64,000 nt of DNA from Lingula anatina (lineage: Eukaryota; Animalia; Brachiopoda), in contig CM120642.1 of assembly GCA_051362555.1 (NCBI GenBank), positions 12,028,001 through 12,092,000 of the forward strand. The letters run 5' to 3'. The notes below the pieces were generated by a model, which was not told the origin of the DNA, did no database searches, and saw only the letters and a list, made by a program, of their open reading frames with translations. The position numbers and the translations under genes are program-made. Positions 40,081 through 52,427 of the stretch are shown piece after piece (within the stretch, counting starts at the first letter, position 1; every line of letters begins with the position of its first letter).

Positions 40081-42032
40081 TTTCTTAACGAGCAGAGGGG
40101 GAGGCTTCGTATACGATGAAAAGTTTAAAATAAAACAAAGAGAAAAGGTGAATTTCTGAGTCAGACGGTTTCTCCTCAAAGTCAGCACAGGCAACCTTGT
40201 CTTTTACCTTTATAGTTGACCTTCAGTATGTCCTTTATAAAGGGAACGCTGTTGCCTTCCGAAAATCAGGGTGCACAGCGCAATTGGTGGGAGACCGCAC
40301 AGAGGATCTTACCTTTGCGTCCCTCATAGTGGGGGAGGGAGTGATTCAGACACATTAAAGTTTGAGGCGTCTAAGATAGGAGGAGCGCAGGGAGTCCATA
40401 TATCGGATATATCATGGTAGATGAATAGTTCGCCTCGGTTTCTACGGCATGTAAGGTTCATAAATCGAGATGTGGGTCTATTGGTAATACATATCCGAAT
40501 CTAAAATATTTTTTGTACGATAACTTAAAAATATTTAAAGAAGTTAGCAATAACTAATTATAAAGCGCTGCCATTAAAAATAATTTACGCAATGCTCTTC
40601 ACCTTGAACAACATCGGTCTTTGGATTGTAAGTTTTAAAAAGAAATCATTATGGTAAAGATTTCTGAATTAATCAGTCCCCAGGAACCCGCTTGACAAAA
40701 CGAGTGGGCAGGAATATACATTTAGCGTCAATTCTCAATTGCTAAAAAAAAAAAAACATTTAAGAACTGATGTAAATTTTACGAGAAGTAAAAAAGGAGG
40801 CATCGGGAGCTGGACTGGTCAACTACATGCAAGTGCTCACAATATATCAGAAAACAATGCTAGATACAAAATACCTGACACTGGAGGGAATACATGCAAA
40901 GACAGGATTTGGTATAAGGCCAATCCCTACTACAAAGATAAATATAATGGTAAAAGGTGTTATACTTGCCTGCTTATTAAGCCCTGAATTCCAGCCAAAT
41001 GTTTCTCTCACTGGCAGCTAACCATGTTTCCCTCCTCACCTATTTATTAGCTGTTACTTCCATTGTGCATATCCTGGTAATAATTATAGGTGATCGGGGC
41101 ATTTTTTCTGGTCCATTGGTTATAGGTGTAAGACTTACCTACATAAGAATCTGTATCAAAAAAGCTCATTCACACCAAAACTTCGTTAAGCTCAGCAATA
41201 TGGTAAAAAAATCATGGCTCTCATCTTTGAAAGCAGAATATATGATAATTGTTTTAGTATTTAAGGTAAAAAATGGCCAATATGAATTCCATGTAGCACC
41301 AGCTGTGGCGTTTTTCAATCATGGGTATATCCATATATTCATCATAAGATCATGTCTAATTCTCCCCCCATGACCCTGGTTCAACCTATTCACTATCAAG
41401 TGTGTGTGAGATTTCTAACTCCAGGTTTGTGGCTCAGGCCCAGCAAAAAATGTGTTATCCTCGTCTCAGGTTAAAGGTTGTTTTTTTTTATTCATTACTT
41501 AAATGATTGATTCCCCAAGCTCACACCTGCTCCATGCCTCAGTAAACACTGTGGTTAAATACATTTGTAAAAGTACCATACGTTTGAAAATAAAATACTT
41601 TTCCTTTGATATCACATCCCATCACCACTGGGTAAAAAATTCCATGGAGATTCAGTATATCTTTAAAAAAAATTAGTGCCAACATTCTGAAATTTAGGGT
41701 GCTTACAAGGGGTTTTCAATAAATTTTTTTTTTTAGTTTTAAAACAGTTATAAAATTATGTTTTATAGGCTTTATATTTTAAGTTTTAAAATTATGTTAA
41801 AACAGGTGTATTTTTTTTGTTATCCAAATACGGGGGGGGGGGGGGGGGGTTACTTTGTAATGCAATTTGTCATTAATGTTCAAAAACCAAAGTATTCTAG
41901 AATATTATATTTCAAGAAAATAAGGTAGAAACAAAAAAATGATGCAAAAGCTACATAACATTGTTTATCCGACTTAGAAGTGATAACATCTAAAGAATGA
42001 TGAAAATCATTATTTTTGCAATTGAAATCTTA

Positions 42033-42038
42033 TTTATT
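42033..42038 (-). terminator. Candidate PWP2 polyadenylation signal
   Basis: AATAAA on the minus strand, about 430 nt after the stop codon. Confidence 0.4.
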
Positions 42039-42469
42039 TTACCACATTTATGCTGTTATCTAATTTATGTTCCATCTGGTTTTACTTTCATGAGGTCGGG
42101 AAATGAAAAGCAATATATTAAGGAGCAGTTTTCACAGATAAATAGTATCTGTTAATGTATGGTTTCCTTCCAAGCATTACAAAGACTCACAAGTTTGCCC
42201 TATTTTCACTTTCTTAATATCAGGAAATGAAGTTTCTTTTTACACATTATTTTCTTCCAAGTATTACTATGACTCATAAGTAAGCCATAAACAATATTAT
42301 CCCCAAGTTTTCCACAAAAACTGTTATTAAGTCTCTGGCACAATCAACCCTTCCATCATTTTAAAATAGGTTCACCATTTTGTTCCACTGAAAATATGCT
42401 GCAGTTCGATTCAGAAACAGAGAACAACCAGTCAAGAGTGAAGCTTTAAATTAATTCTGCCTCCTTCTG

Positions 42470-43810
42470 TCATGTCATTACACTCTCACTGTCTGATGAC
42501 TGCATTAAGTCACTGTCGTCTGCCACACTTTCCTGTTCAGTGTCTTCTTGATGTTCAGGGTCTGTGTCTCCTCTTTTCCTCTTTGCCTGTCCCAGGTTCA
42601 AGAGATACTGGAGAATGTACTGGTTGTGATCACATCTAAAAATCATAAAAAAATGTCCTTACATAAATCATTTCATCCAAATTTAAGATTTTCCTCAACT
42701 TCTTAATCCAAGATGTGCTCACTTTCTTCCATTAGGAAATATGGTAAGGACCCTTATTAGAAAAAAGAAAAGGAATAGTACAAAAGCAGATCTTTTTTTC
42801 ATATAACAATACTTACACATGGAATGTGATTATTTACCATTAGTTACCATTTTTAACCCTTTTGTAGGATATCTGAATACTGGACAAACCCTTTTCCATT
42901 AACACTCGCAAAAACCTTCCTTCTAAGAGAAGATATGAAAATGTGAACTCACATGCTTCCTAACTCTTCACTTCGTTTTGTAATATTTTTCTGCAGTGTC
43001 CGCAGTAGTGCCAGTATTGACTGTGATTTCTGCTTCAGTTTTGGGCCATTCAGCATCAGCAGTTTTTGACACCATAGAAGATAAAACTCGACATGACGTG
43101 ACGTTTCCATCATCCCTCCAACAAAGCCGAGTAGTTTTTCTATGTACAAATCCGGTAAACTCTGGCATACAAAATCCACTGCAAAGTAAAATATTAACAA
43201 CCAAATTATTTCAAGACCATGTAGCAGATTATCTTTTTCCTGTGTGTTTTTTTTTTTTTTTTTTTTTTTTTTCCAGTGAACAAAATGTCTGAAATATACA
43301 CACAAGCAAATACAGAGACCTACAGACACAAACACATAATAAACACATGCAATGGGGTTTATGAATGCAAATGTGAGTTAATCGGTATTTAATCAATGTT
43401 TACTAAAATGGACATCCTGGGATAAATGTCTCTTCTTTTTTTTTTTCCAATGTATAAATAAATAGTTAAAAATCTCATATTACCATAAATGTCAACTTTT
43501 ACATACTGTCTGGGAACCTAAATCACCCATTAATTATCATGAATAATTTAAATTGAATAAACCTGGGCCGTGTCTTTGACATCACTGCACACCTAAACTG
43601 CTATTCAAAAGAAAGTATTAAAAAGACCAATGTCACCAGGGAGTCTACAATCAATATAGTTTTCTGGTGACTTTCAAAGATTCCGTTTTGTTTAAAATTT
43701 TGTTTTCTGGTGATTTAAAAACATTAACAATAGGGGACCCATCCAGTCCTTCTGTTAACCCACCCACTGACACTGTTACCAAGGTAGACCTCATGTTGTA
43801 AAATTGGGTT

Positions 43811-43897
<87 letters not shown>

Positions 43898-46800
43898 GCA
43901 TGCATGCTAAGGCCCCAAAGACACCATCGGTCTACATAGATGGATTCAACTCTGCAGGAACTCTCACTGAGTGTAATCAGCTGAACTGAATGACACACCT
44001 CCTACTGGCATTGAGTAGAATACAAAAAAGCTGGTGATTTACGAATCTGTTGAAAACAAGAGGAGGTATGAGAGAACAGTTTCATTAGCTCTGTACGTAT
44101 CAATTTAAATTATTGTTTTTCTTTTTATCAAGGCCTGGCAATTGACCTGGATTTTCATTCCAGGTGAAATGACCCTAGTCATTTACTCCCTGATGATGGT
44201 GACTGACAGTCACAGAAATATTGGAGGTAATACCCACATATTTTATAAGCTCTTGAAAAAAACGAAAAACAATAATTTAAAGAGGAGGTATGTCATTGCA
44301 CTCAGATTGCAGAGTTGGATTGATCTGATCTGCGTAAATCGATGGTGTCAATGGGAATGGGGTATAAGTTTTAACAATCTTAACTGGAATGGATTGAACA
44401 AGAAATTCAACTTTATGTTCCCATTGTGACCCCACCTGATGAGTCATCATCCACACTCTGACCCTCGCGGTGATACTTACAGTCTCCCACAGGCACCTGC
44501 TCAACCACCTCCTGTATCAGTCTATGTTCATTCAGCCTGAAGGACAGCATCAGAGATGTGGTGTACTCTTTCCTGGCCAGTGTCCGCCTCACATTCTCTG
44601 GGGTGATGTCCATCTCCAGGTCAAAGGGGTCAAAGATGAGGTTGTGGTCAAGGGAGTAGATGAGAAGCCCTTCTGTAGAAGTGGCAGCCCAGGCTCTTCC
44701 TGCAATTTAATTGGCACTCACACTTAATACCATGTTTCTTTGAACACCACTTATTTAGACCGCACTGTGACAGAGGTATGAAGATAATGTTAGGCCAACA
44801 CAAAATGGCTGCCAAATCTTAGTTAGTTCAACCAAATTAACATAAAAATATGAAAGTAGAAGAATCAAATCCACGTAATGGGCAAAGTCTTCTTTGGCCC
44901 AAGGTTCCATAGTGGCACCCAATTTCAAAATGTTTTTTAAATGAAATCAATAAAGACAAGAATGTAGCCACAAGAAAGTATTATGGAAGCAGTTTCTTCT
45001 TACTCCCATTTGTAAATAATCACCAAGAAGAAATTACATCATATCAAACTGCATCCAACATTAAAAAAAGACCTAAATTCAATCCTACTATTGTACTATC
45101 CCTTATGTAGGATTTGATCATACCAGTGGGGGAGAAGCGCACACAGGACACCAAGACTTCAGGTTTCCAGTGCCTTGAGCTCATGTCTCCCTTTTTCACA
45201 CCAGGTAGCGCTATGGAGGTCTTCCCGTCTTCTGCCGCCTCATCCACAAGAGCAAGACTGCCCCACTCCGTCATCTTTCTTCTGTCCAAATACTCCTACA
45301 TAAACAAGACAATATTTCCAGCTAACAGACATTTTCTGATAACTAATTCCATAACTACAAAACCTACAAAAAACTCCCAACAAAATTACCAGTTTTTATG
45401 ATAAGAAAAACTTAATCATCAATATCTTTGTAATGTGTACAAGATATCAAACATATTTGGGATAGTTTGTTATTTGGGAAAAAATAAAAATTAAAGTATG
45501 TAAAGGATAAATAAACCATTTCACAAAATGGTTCCTGGGGACATATATGGTGTAAATTCCTCAAAAAGTCTAACAAACACCATGAAAAAAAAAAATTGTT
45601 CTGTTCCTTACCTCCATTCCGTCAAAAGACAGATTACAAGAGATCTCAAACTTCCTGATCAGAATCTGGTCAGCCACAGAGTAGATACAGACATTCTTGG
45701 ACCGTCCAGCAGCCAGAATGCATTGTCCATCTGCTGTATAACAAAGGCTGGTGAATGCTCTGAAAAACAAATTCCATTTCTGCTGGGAAGAGTCCATACT
45801 GTCTCAATATATCCAATTAAATCAAATGTTACATATAAGTATTACAGCAATTTCATGATGTAATTAAAAAGAGAAGAGAGGCTTATGAATTTTAGAATCA
45901 TGCTTAGACATATTTCAAAACTTCCACTTTTTGTGGTACATTTTTTCACTTTACTTTCCGAAGAATATCTTAATTCCCATTTTGTTTCCATCTCCTTCTT
46001 TATATAGAAGCTGTAGTTTTAATATCTAGACTCAAATATATCCCCTGTATCAAACTAATTTAATCTAAGTTTTTCTTAACATTTTCAAGACCTTAAAACA
46101 ATTCATATTCTTCCCTTACTTTCCACCAGCAGACTTCTTGGCAGTAATCTTGTCCAGTTCTTTCCTACTGTATCCAAGATCAGGCCTGCCCTCTATGGAG
46201 CCAGTCTGGACAGCAGAGTGGACATCCCAGAAGGAGATGTGACCATTAAGAGTGGACACTGCCAATTCAGCACCATCAGGCCTGTAGGCCAAGCCCAGCA
46301 CTAGAAAAAGAGGGGGCATGGATTTTATCCATCAGACTAATACACAGTACTGAAGATTTTCACCCTTCAAATAAACTAATAAAAAATAAAAAGTCAGAAG
46401 AAAGCGTACTTTTCAGTACAAGTGTCTCTGTTTGCGTTAGGTTTGCATCAAAAAAAGAATTTTACTTGTAAACCCACCATCTGATCCCAGGAGTATTGTT
46501 TCACGGGAGCCTTTACTTTCAAATATATCCCATAATTTTACAGTTTTATCCCAGGATGTGCTGGCCAATATGGCATGTCCAGTACTAAAGGCAAGACTGC
46601 TAATAGGTCCCTCATGTCCAGCAAGAACCTGAAATTTATGAGAAATTCATGGACATTATTTTCCCATCAGAATAAAGTTAATCTATTTACACTGGGCTAG
46701 ATTTGGTCTTAAAGTGCAATTTAAGTTCACAAGTGATCATACACGATCTTAATCATTACAGCAGTAGTCTTAAAATGGACTGAATCTGCTTTTAAGATCA

Positions 46801-49410
46801 AAAATGATCTAACATCTACTTAAGTGGTCAAGCAGTTTCCTGCCCTCACAATGGGGGATACCTCCTCTCACAATAGAGGACACCTCTGTTCACAATAGGA
46901 GAATGTGTAAGGGGAGACAACTTAATTGGCTGTCAGACTAGAAATGGTCTTACTCATGTTTTAAGATCATGTAAGACTATTTGTGTTCTTAAATTGCATT
47001 TTAAGACCAAATCAAGCCCACTAGTGTTACCTCATACCCAAGCAGCAAATAATAATTCACTTGTATATAAACCAGTTAAATATCGCAATCTTTCTAAATT
47101 TAACACAACTAGCTGAAAGGCCTTCGGACAGTAAAATCACAAAATTAAAAACCAGTGTACATCTTAAATTTTGAAACAACATTTTTATTAACTAGGGTAA
47201 AAAAAATCTATCTGACAGTCATAAATAAAAAGGATTAATTTATGGTATTACCTCCAACAGCCTCCCTGTCTTCATGGACCATACAAAGATCTCAAACACG
47301 TCCAGACCCCCAGCACAAACAATCTCGCCACTTGAGTCCAAGGCCAGGGATGAAAACTGAACAGGACGTGGTGATGTAAAGGTGCGGAAGTTACGATATC
47401 TGAAACAAAATGTATAACACATTGCTGGTAGGTCAGAGTTTTACAATCAACAGTTTTCTTTTTATAAATTATGATTTATCATCAGTGCATTTAGAACAGA
47501 ACATTACTCTATAAAGATCTTTATTTAGGAGAAAATCTTGGGGTATCTTGATCCAGAATAAATCTGTACATGTTCACTAATATATCAGCTGCCCATCTTA
47601 AACAGAAGTCATTTAACATTTTAAGGGAAAGAGGTCAAATAATGTCAATGAACCACTATGTACTGATTTTTACTAGGTCAAAGTATGCTAAAAGTTTCTA
47701 AAAACAAACTGAGAACCAAATATTGATTGAATTTCTCTATAAAATTACCAACTTTAAATGGAAACCGTCCAACTCAAACATGAACAGATGATATAGGAAT
47801 CCCCATCACATATGAACAGATGACATAGGAATCCCCATCACATATACAAACCAGACTGTCAGTTGACATAAGACTGACTGAAACCACAATTTTAATCAAA
47901 AGCACAGAAATAATATTTTCTTGGTTAACTGACCTGTTAAGGTCAAATGCTCTGACAGTCCCGTCCAGTGAGGCAGTGACCACTACTTGTCCACTCTGGC
48001 TGAAGGCCACACCTGAGATACCTCCCAGGTGTTCATTAAATGTCACAAAACACAAACCACTACTAGTATTCCAGACCTTAACCTGTAACATAAATCAGAA
48101 GTACAAAATATGCAAACCACCTTTTTAGGTGCAAAATTTATAAGCTTTTCATCTGTAACACCTTAACTTCTGTTACACACACAAAAAATACTTTAATTCT
48201 ACAATTACAGGTTACTTCTAAAAGCAGAATGGGGTAAAATAATCCCATCTAGTTTCAATGCTTATGTCTATTTCTCATGTCTTTCAGAATGAGCTAAGCG
48301 CACAGCCTCCCCTTACCTTCCCGTCATCCCCTCCTGTAGCAATATACTGCCCATCAGGCGAGTATGCCAGGCAGCTCATGTTGTTGAAGTGACCCTGTTG
48401 TTTCAGTATATATGACTCACTCTGCCATTCCCACACAAGCAGCTGTCCCAGACCAGCACAGCCCAGAGCAATCCAGTCCCCAGGCTTGTTGAATTCTATA
48501 GAGATGATACTCTGGTCAGATATACTGGAATTACAATACAGATAAGAAGTTCAGAAAAATGACAGATAACATGGTCAGACAAGCAACACCTTTTGATACC
48601 TGTTTTTAATTCTGTGCAATTTTTCCAACTGTAATTTATCTTATCAAGATCCATGCATACCTCAGAGAGTGTATCAGATTAAAATCTGGCATCTCATGAA
48701 GAAAGAAGGCACCATCTTCAAATCCTGAGCACAGAATGTGTGTGCGTTTGTGATAAGCTGCACTGGTTAACTTAGCATATGCTGCACCTTCACCGCGTGC
48801 TTCTTTGTAATTGTGTCTGAAATCAAATAAAACATATTTCAGGTTTTAAGCTGACAAGTCGTGCTGTACTTGTTCAAGACCTGGCATGCACAATTTCATC
48901 TCCATGCACAGTTTAAATGATAAAAAAGACAAGTTTTAGTTGTTGCCTGATATGAAGGATTAAAAAATTTTATTGATAAATTTAACTCTTGCTAAAACAT
49001 GTTTTGAAAGAAATTAAACATTTTGAAGCCAGGTGAGTGTCCTTAGAATCAAGCAGATCTTGTGGTACCTTAAGGCCTCAATTATAACATATTATAAATA
49101 AAAATGGTATCAACTCACTTTGCAAGACGTTTATATAAAATCTTGTCTTCTGTTTTCTCTGCATCTTGAGTTGCCACTTCTTGCTCTGAAAAATAAATAA
49201 ATGGTTAACAAAATAGTCCAAGGTTATATTGATAATAAGTAAGGTTTATTTTAACATTTCACATATTCAGATAAAAAATATGATTTATTACCTTTTTAAT
49301 TTAATTTCTTAAGTAAGTCTTTTGATAACCATCTGTTTGGCACCAAGTGAAACATTTTAAATAAGCACATTATGAATTTCATTCTCTTATCCAGCTGGTA
49401 TACTATTCTC

Positions 49411-49441
<31 letters not shown>

Positions 49442-52114
49442 AAAAATAATAATAATAAATAGTAAAGAAAGTTAATCAAAATTTACCCTTTTTCTTCTTC
49501 TTTTGCTTTCCTTTACTTTCCTCCATTTCCTCCTCCTCTGAAGAGCTGTCTACTTGTGGAGGTGCTTGGTAGGGTCTTAGGCCATCCAGGTCAGTGTCAC
49601 ACTCCCACACACACAGCTGACCATTCTCACTGATACTGATCATCTGGACATCGGTCAAGGAAATAACAAGCTATGGCAGATACGAACTTGAGCCAAAAAC
49701 ACCCACTTCAATAAATACTTAGTGCATCATATCATAATTAGCAAATACTTGACAGATAGCAACTGTGTTTTTTATTATGTCTTTATAACTAAGAGAAAAG
49801 TGAGATTAATAAGTAATTATAATAACCTGTCTAGTAACTATTGATCCAATTGTTCTCATTGCTTTATATCAAAATGCCTGTCTAAACCCCTCTTTTAGCT
49901 AAATTAAAGAATACATCAAGGGACTCTTCCTCAAAGAAAGCAGCCACTATAGAATTGCTGTGTCCTCCAAGCGAGTAGACTACAAGATTGGCAAACCTTT
50001 CAGCACCATACACTCTGGTGTTCATATCCTTAGAGCCCACAAGGAAAGCCCTGGGGAGTGAAAAATGATATAAGGTTTAATGGCCCCATATCCAAGTATC
50101 CTCCCCCTCCCTCTGTTTTTTTCTGTATCTATGCCTTCCCTTCCATAGAATAATTCAGTTTAAGAGTTTGGTTAAAGGTTCAATTACTTTTTTACAAGAG
50201 ATTTGAAGTGTTATGATTGTTCTGATGTGGAAAATTTTCAACTGAATGGCATGCAAGTTCATTTTGAAGATATTTTTGATAGCAAGTTCATTTCAAAAGA
50301 TATTTTTGATTTAAATATATTTGATATCTTCAATAACAGGATCATCATGAAAATAACAGCAATTTACATCTGCTTTTGTGAGTGTCAAAATCTGATTAAC
50401 AACATGAATGGATGAGAAAGCCATATCATTCAAATACAAATTATTTGATCTCAGCTTCATTATTCATGCTGAGTGACACATACAGTATTAGGCTGAATAA
50501 TGTGGAAAGCTTACTTTGAGTTTGTGGTCCAGTCTATACACACTGTCTCATCATATGCACCAAAGAAGGTGCGCTCTAAAACAAATGGATTGAACTCCAT
50601 AGTTTTCCCGGGAGCATGAAACACCAACACATTGTTTTCCTTTGTGACAGCAAATTTCCTAGAAAAAAATAAATAAAATAAAGTTAAACACGTAGTCCTG
50701 TAAGCACTTTATCATTCGTGTGGTCAGTCTTATTTAGAATATCGATAAAAGTCCATTTAATGAAAACAAATAGTAAGACAACTCATCAGAAGAAAACAGC
50801 ATGATGTTGATATTAGAAAAAATATAAATAATGTATAAGAAACTAGTAGTACTGGTTTAAATGGATTACAGGGAATCTAAGCTTGTTTCATATGTAACTT
50901 TAACGAGGGTTTGTACATAAAGATGAAATATTTGTAAAGTTGGTGTTTACCTGCCATCTGGACTGAACTTAATGGCGTGGACTGGACGGTGGAAGTGGTA
51001 AGAATGTAACACTGTCTTACTGACGAGACTGATGAGAATGGCTTCTCCCTCTGGAACACAATAAAACTGTACTGAAACCTTATGTCAGATGTCTCACTCT
51101 AAATCAATCATGCATTTCCTGCCATTACTATGCCTCACTTGGAAAATAATGACAATTTAAGAAAATTTACATTTTACACTTGACCACCATGCTGGGACTC
51201 TAAAACTACTTTAATTCCACCATCTTGTCACTCCAGACTGAAAATGCAACTCAAGTTACCTGAACCATTCTTACCTTCATTGACTGCTATAAGTAGATTG
51301 GCATCAGGGGACAATGCAGCTGCTGTGATATTTAACCTACTCTCTACTGGAAGTGTTTCTGATTTGTTGCTAAACAGTGTGAAAGCAATTATGGGGATAA
51401 GTAAATAAATTCCTCATCTAGATTGTAATTTCAAATTAATAATCACAGTGGATCAGCATCTATAATACATTCTTTAAGTTTTGTGCTGTTTTGATGTTTG
51501 TTTACCACATTTACAACCAAGATTTTTTTACTTTGCTTATTTGTTTCTTATCTTGCCCATCAATAAATATGACAAATACGAAATGGAAACGCTGGTTTAC
51601 AACAACTACCAGTATTGATCACATAAATAACACCAAAGAAAACCAAATTAAATGCTGTCGTTCAGACTCATATGATAATAAGCAAAGAATATGGAACACA
51701 TAGGCCATGAGAAGGAAAATACGACAATCATATACTTAGTATGTCAATTCATGTAAATCAAGGAATTATATATAATTTTAATATCACTTTTTCAAATCAA
51801 AGACAGTGATCCTGTTCCCCACTGGACTGATCACACTGTTGCCATCTGGACTGAAGATCAGGTTCCCCTTTCTGTAAACCGTCCCAAGCAGGTTGGAAAA
51901 CTAACAGAAACAAAATAAGTCGATGGATACAGAATTAATTTCCCAAATAATGTAAGTATAAACAGTATAAAAATACTTGGCACGGCAGGCTGCTTTTAAA
52001 AATTTCACGGAAACTTAGTTCTCATTTCCAAACCAGCTTCATTCTGGCAAATGCAAATTACACTTAAGATACGTCAGGTTTCATTCAAATACATACACGA
52101 TAAGAAAACTTCAT
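42470..52114 (-). CDS. PWP2: Periodic tryptophan protein 2 (PWP2/UTP1), WD40 SSU-processome component; 19 exons, 917 aa
   Basis: Exons: 52097-52114, 51788-51900, 51275-51369, 50951-51050, 50515-50658, 49915-50050, 49487-49643, 49119-49185, 48661-48816, 48317-48524, 47934-48082, 47252-47399, 46478-46628, 46120-46300, 45612-45759, 45124-45295, 44481-44699, 42953-43178, 42470-42635. All introns GT-AG, 2754 nt. N-terminus MKFSYRFSNLLGTVYRKGNL; internal SLDGTVRAFDLNRYRNFRTFTSP and LPGVKKGDMSSR are typical of PWP2. Confidence 0.96.
43813..43894. repeat. (TA)41 microsatellite in PWP2 intron 17
   Basis: Perfect TA run. Confidence 0.98.
46690..47026. mobile_element. PIF/Harbinger (Tourist-like) MITE in PWP2 intron 12
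   Basis: ~60-bp imperfect TIRs (GGGCTAGATTTGGTCTTAAAGTGCAATTTAAG... and ...CTTAAATTGCATTTTAAGACCAAATCAAGCCC). TTA on both flanks (46687-46689, 47027-47029). Three ~22-bp internal repeats near 46844-46903. Confidence 0.7.
47780..47843. repeat. 2 x 32-bp tandem duplication in PWP2 intron 11
   Basis: ATGAACAGATGAYATAGGAATCCCCATCACAT occurs twice. Confidence 0.9.
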
Positions 52115-52427
52115 CCTTTGCTCTCATCCCATGCGGTCATTACTACACTTTCCTGTAAAGCATGTGGAGGAAATGTATACACAAGGTCACAGCGCATGTT
52201 CTAAGGAGCCGGCAAGCTTAAGGTCAGGTCAAGGTGAGCACATTTGATCCGTAGGTTTTTATTGGTCAATCAACACCCATGGACCAATTATAATTCAAGT
52301 TACAATCAAAGTCAAGGACATCTGCTCACAATCGGATCGAATCACATGATACTAGCGCACCAGCCATTTTGTAGGAAGATCTGATCGGGGCGGCTTGTCT
52401 TCTCGTTATTCTAAAAGAACATCCAAA
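52115..52427. promoter_or_regulatory. Bidirectional promoter shared by PWP2 and ATP6V0C
   Basis: Divergent ATGs are 313 bp apart and CpG is locally retained. Motifs: CCAAT boxes (52261-52265 reverse, 52284-52288), M-box TCACATGA (52342-52349), YY1-like GCCATTTT (52363-52370), AGGTCA half-sites (52182-52189, 52221-52237). Confidence 0.8.

Noticed and set aside
40309-40328. Minus-strand ATG AGG GAC GCA AAG|GTAAG mini first exon
   Set aside because: Out of frame with both candidate SLC6 acceptors, and no other partner exon was found.
43651-43998. ORFs with YIYIYI runs (also at 59051-59451)
   Set aside because: Artefacts of (TA)n microsatellites.
50724-50789. Possible C/D-box snoRNA in a PWP2 intron (minus-strand TGATGA...CTGA)
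   Set aside because: The C box lacks the purine, there is no terminal stem, and no rRNA-complementary guide is recognisable.
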